This document shows positions 60,413-64,000 of a stretch of DNA of 64,000 nucleotides, piece after piece. Within the stretch, counting starts at the first letter, position 1, and every line of letters starts with the position of its first letter. The DNA comes from a virus. Position numbers and translations under genes: made by a program. Where the stretch lies: IMG/VR virus record IMGVR_UViG_3300028844_005639. One strand, given 5' to 3'. The notes below the pieces were generated by a model. It searched no databases. It was not told the DNA's origin and saw only the letters and a program-made list of their open reading frames with translations.

Positions 60413-62657
60413 ACATGAATGGATGCACATCAATAATGATGTGTTCCGAGTTTCTGAGTACCCGAACTATAATCCAGTAACAGAGAGATTCCGTCGTGTA
60501 AGCTGGTATAAGGGCCAAAAACGAAAATGTATAGAAGGTGCCTGGAGTAGCGGTAAATGGATTCCAGGACCTCTTTATTATTACATAAACTTCCACCACA
60601 TTAAGCATGAGGACGAGTCCTCTGTTTCTGAGACGATTACATTACCCTGGCTCCGCGACATTGATTGGGAGCTTTTCCTCGTTTATGAAGAGGCTCGAGG
60701 ATTCTCCGGGTTTTCTGAAGATGCTGAATACACCTGTGACAGAAACTACGGTCCCGAGAAAGAACTGGCGCTACGTTTAGGCCGTATTACAGAAGAGCAG
60801 CTTAAGACTCGTATTTATGTACCAGCCCGTGAATATTTACGTATGTGGCACGGAGCTTCAAAAGGAAAGCCTCTTTATAAGAATCAAGCCCAACATGTAC
60901 TTAGTATCCAAGCTCGGGGAGGAGGAAAGTCATACGCGTCATCCGCGATCGTCGCACACAACTTCTTATTTGACGGGGCCACAGATTACGATGAGTATCT
61001 TCGAAGAAAAGCAGACGGGAACCCCTATACGTCTGATTCCATTGTTGGGGCCATCGATACAAAATACACTTTACCAGTATTCAGTAAGATTGAGATCGGT
61101 CTAGACTATTTGCCTGGTAAAACACATTTCGCCGGCCGAGAGTATGCTAGTCCTTTTATGGTCAGTCATCATGGGTCTTTAGCCCCTAACCGTGAATGGT
61201 CTTCGAAGAATGGATCCTTACTTCGTCACCGTACGTTCCGGGACAATCCACTAGCTGCCAACGGTACTCGTGCAAACCTTGTGTTCCTGGATGAGGTAGG
61301 CTTCATGGGTAATATTAAGGAAGCTTGGGGAGCGATTGAAGCCCTCCAGGCATCAAAGCAGTTTCGCCGTCTTGTTATATGGGCCCTAGGAACCGGAGGT
61401 TACGTATCAGGAAAAGCACAACTCTGGGCAGAGAACATGTTCCGGAACCCTAAAGCAAACAACTGTCTGGAGTTTCCGGACATCTATGATTTAACGAATA
61501 AACCGATTGGTTACTTTGTTCCTTACGAATTAACCTTGAACGAATTTAAGGAGGGTAAGAATAAAATTACCAACTTAGAGAAGTCAAGACTCTTTATCGA
61601 AGAAACTAGAAACGCAGCTAAAGAAGATCCTAACCCGACGACTTATATCACTACCGTGATTAACGGGCCTCAAAAACCTTCAGAAGCTTTTTTAGTTGTA
61701 GAAGGAGGATACTTTCCAGCATTCCAGTTAAAAGACCGGTACCAATACTTGATGCAAAACCAGCATATCCTGGATCACACGTTCAAGGGGACAATACTCT
61801 TTGATGACGCCGGGCTACCACAGTTCCACCTAAATACTAATCTAAAACCTATCAGGTCTTTTCCACTTACTGACGAAGCTAAAGAGGGGGCCTTAGAAAT
61901 CTTTCAAAAACCTCAACGAGAATTTTCTACCGGGCAAGTCGCCCAGAATAGGTACATCATCGGTTGTGATACTGTAGATAAGGCCAGGTCTACTACAGAC
62001 TCTTTATTCTGCATCATTGTCTTCGATCGATGGTCAAGAAAAATCGTAGCTGAGTATACCGGCCGGACTGATAATCCCAACGACGCGTATGCTCGCGTAC
62101 TTAAGCTTGCCCTGTACTATAACGCTAAAGTCATGTACGAGCAGGCCCTCACGGGGCTTTACACTTACATGGATCACCAAAAGCGATTATCTCTTTTAGC
62201 TGATACTCCTTCAGCACTTCGAAACAGGAAAACTTATAAGCCGGGCACGAATACTTCGAAAGGAGTTCCTCCCTCGGAAAGTACCAACAGACAAGGTCGA
62301 GAATTTATCTTAACCTGGTTAAAGGAAAAATTAGACCTTACAAATCTGGATTATACTCCGATACAGACTATAGAGTCTCCTGCCATACTTCGAGAACTTA
62401 TCAATTGGAATCCTCAAGCGGGTAACTACGATAGAGTTTCTGCGTTAATTATGGTAATGTGGTACGACAACACTCTTTATAGAGAGACCGCGGAACAAGC
62501 TGCAGAACATAAAAGTAGAGCTCTACATCCTTACTATAAGAAAATGAAGCTTGTTAAGAAGGATCTCGGTGACGCAGGTATAAAAGCGCAAGATCCTAGA
62601 ATAAAAGAAATTATCACACTCGCTGAAAGAGCGGAGAAGATGAATAAAAAATCGTAG
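60396..62657 (+). CDS. terL: terminase large subunit
   Basis: Walker A-like SIQARGGGKSYASS, Walker B NLVFLDEVGFM, and a C-terminal nuclease-like IIGCDTVDK. Size and position upstream of the portal fit. Confidence 0.7.
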   Translation: MVTPDKHEWMHINNDVFRVSEYPNYNPVTERFRRVSWYKGQKRKCIEGAWSSGKWIPGPLYYYINFHHIKHEDESSVSETITLPWLRDIDWELFLVYEEARGFSGFSEDAEYTCDRNYGPEKELALRLGRITEEQLKTRIYVPAREYLRMWHGASKGKPLYKNQAQHVLSIQARGGGKSYASSAIVAHNFLFDGATDYDEYLRRKADGNPYTSDSIVGAIDTKYTLPVFSKIEIGLDYLPGKTHFAGREYASPFMVSHHGSLAPNREWSSKNGSLLRHRTFRDNPLAANGTRANLVFLDEVGFMGNIKEAWGAIEALQASKQFRRLVIWALGTGGYVSGKAQLWAENMFRNPKANNCLEFPDIYDLTNKPIGYFVPYELTLNEFKEGKNKITNLEKSRLFIEETRNAAKEDPNPTTYITTVINGPQKPSEAFLVVEGGYFPAFQLKDRYQYLMQNQHILDHTFKGTILFDDAGLPQFHLNTNLKPIRSFPLTDEAKEGALEIFQKPQREFSTGQVAQNRYIIGCDTVDKARSTTDSLFCIIVFDRWSRKIVAEYTGRTDNPNDAYARVLKLALYYNAKVMYEQALTGLYTYMDHQKRLSLLADTPSALRNRKTYKPGTNTSKGVPPSESTNRQGREFILTWLKEKLDLTNLDYTPIQTIESPAILRELINWNPQAGNYDRVSALIMVMWYDNTLYRETAEQAAEHKSRALHPYYKKMKLVKKDLGDAGIKAQDPRIKEIITLAERAEKMNKKS

Positions 62658-62685
62658 TTTTGTACATTACTAGAGATTTATCCAA

Positions 62686-64000
62686 ATGAGTTATACGTCA
62701 TCCAAAAAAAGTAGGGCGCCCCAAATCCAGCAGTTTCCATATCAGAAACTACCAGATAGCCGAAAAGGAGAAAAGTGGGCCAAAGAATGTGTAGATGTAG
62801 CCTGCGACATTTTTCTTTACCATAATGAAAACATTCGCGCTTCCCAGCGTAATAAAATTATCAACTACAACTTGTTCTCAGGCATCATTGATCACGATGA
62901 TGTAGAAAAATTGTGTGACCCACACCAGTTAGGTATCGATGACTTCAAAGATACTTTCCGCCATATGGGGATAGGAAACAACAAAATCCGTTTACTTATC
63001 GGAGAAGAGCGCAAGCGTAAAGACGATTTTCGCGTATTTCTAAGTTCTTCCGACGCAGATGGTATAGGAGAAAAGGAACAACAACGTAAAACCTTACTAT
63101 TAGAAAAAGTCAACGAGGTTATCCAAAACCAGGATCTCCCGGACGATATGCTAGAAATAGAGATGAACAAGTTTACAGATTACTTAAAGTATGAGTGGCA
63201 GGATCATCGAGAAATCGTTGCAAACAAAATATTGAAACGTGAATATTCACGTAATGAGTTAAAGAATAAGTTTTCAGAAAGCTTTGCCGACTGGCTTATT
63301 TCCGGTGAGTGTATTATGTACGCTGGCGTAGAAGGTAACGAACCTGTAGCCCGTAAATGTAATCCATTACAGATGTTTACTTTAGGTGCCGCGGACAACA
63401 AGCGCATCGAAACTTCGGAGATTATTGTAGAGTACGGGTATCTAGGAAGAGGCCAAGTAATTGACCGTTACTTTGACTTCCTTTCGAATGACGATATTGA
63501 GAGTATCGAAACCGGTGGAGAATTAGCTAAAGGTTCCACATGGTCAGATGATCCAGGATTTTTACCGTATCCGAATGTTGGAGAAATGTCCGATAACGGC
63601 ATTCTACTTTTTGATGCTAAATACAGTCACGTCTTTACCGGCGCTTATGATACTCAAGGTAATGTACGCGTTGTAAAAGTAAACTGGAGAAGTAGACGAC
63701 GTATCTTTAAACTAGCTTACGTCGACCAATTCGGTGACACTCAGTATAAGTACGTTGCTGACACTTACAAAGCTGACCCTTCTAAAGGAGAACGAATTGT
63801 TCGTACTCTTTGGGTTAACGAATGGTGGGAAGGAACTAAGATAGGAGAGAATATTTATGTAGATATACGTCCAATTCCATTTGCTGCAAAATCTCTAGTA
63901 AATCCTAGCAAAGGAACTCCGAACTATATCGGTATGATTAACTCGACTAACCAGAGTCTTGCAATCAGTCTCATGGACATCATCAAGCCTTACGATTATC
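62686..64000 (+). CDS. portal protein candidate (3'-partial; continues beyond the window)
   Basis: I read an uninterrupted frame from ATG 62686 to nt 64000 (>438 codons). It is absent from the ORF track, presumably because it has no stop in the window. It immediately follows terL. The minus-strand track ORFs at 62892-63170 and 63204-63407 are its shadows. Confidence 0.6.
   Translation, partial: MSYTSSKKSRAPQIQQFPYQKLPDSRKGEKWAKECVDVACDIFLYHNENIRASQRNKIINYNLFSGIIDHDDVEKLCDPHQLGIDDFKDTFRHMGIGNNKIRLLIGEERKRKDDFRVFLSSSDADGIGEKEQQRKTLLLEKVNEVIQNQDLPDDMLEIEMNKFTDYLKYEWQDHREIVANKILKREYSRNELKNKFSESFADWLISGECIMYAGVEGNEPVARKCNPLQMFTLGAADNKRIETSEIIVEYGYLGRGQVIDRYFDFLSNDDIESIETGGELAKGSTWSDDPGFLPYPNVGEMSDNGILLFDAKYSHVFTGAYDTQGNVRVVKVNWRSRRRIFKLAYVDQFGDTQYKYVADTYKADPSKGERIVRTLWVNEWWEGTKIGENIYVDIRPIPFAAKSLVNPSKGTPNYIGMINSTNQSLAISLMDIIKPYDY

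Noticed and set aside
62892-63407. Minus-strand track ORFs at 62892-63170 and 63204-63407
   Set aside because: They lie antisense within the long open plus-strand frame (the portal candidate) that leaves the window without a stop.

Overview
The window looks like a 64-kb piece of a tailed dsDNA phage genome. It is gene-dense, I recognised no host housekeeping context and I found no integrase. It has three strand blocks. (1) nt 1-18055 (+) holds three very large virion or ejection-type proteins. One is a 3,935-aa ORF with beta-like and beta-prime-like double-psi beta-barrel RNA polymerase motifs, so I infer a crAss-like virion RNAP. (2) nt 19012-54967 (-) is a long replication, nucleotide-metabolism and early block. 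It encodes ATP-dependent DNA ligase, dCMP deaminase, dUTPase, class II RNR, a UNG-family protein, a PD-(D/E)XK nuclease, a RusA-like resolvase, a GHKL ATPase, a DnaG-like protein, a DnaB-like helicase, an SF2 helicase, family A DNA polymerase, a ThyX-like protein, a macrodomain protein, GroES and GroEL, a tmRNA, and small lipoprotein, membrane and HTH genes. (3) nt 55594-64000 (+) holds small DNA-binding proteins, then large terminase and a probable portal that runs off the window end and is missing from the ORF track. RNA genes: a confident phage-encoded tmRNA (44841-45252, -), three reasonably canonical tRNAs with odd features, and several tRNA-like relics in a 0.95-kb non-coding region (18056-19011). 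Several TAnnTTTG boxes point to a Bacteroidota host. The items most worth a second look are the giant RNAP fusion protein, the tmRNA with an unusually long tag next to groES-groEL, tRNAs whose body and anticodon disagree, a membrane-anchored TARG1/DarG-like macrodomain, rearranged or eroded versions of ThyX, UNG and DnaG, and two non-coding islands with phased repeats. All calls come from reading the sequence and translations by eye. No searches or folding programs were run, so family assignments rest on remembered motifs and RNA folds are manual.
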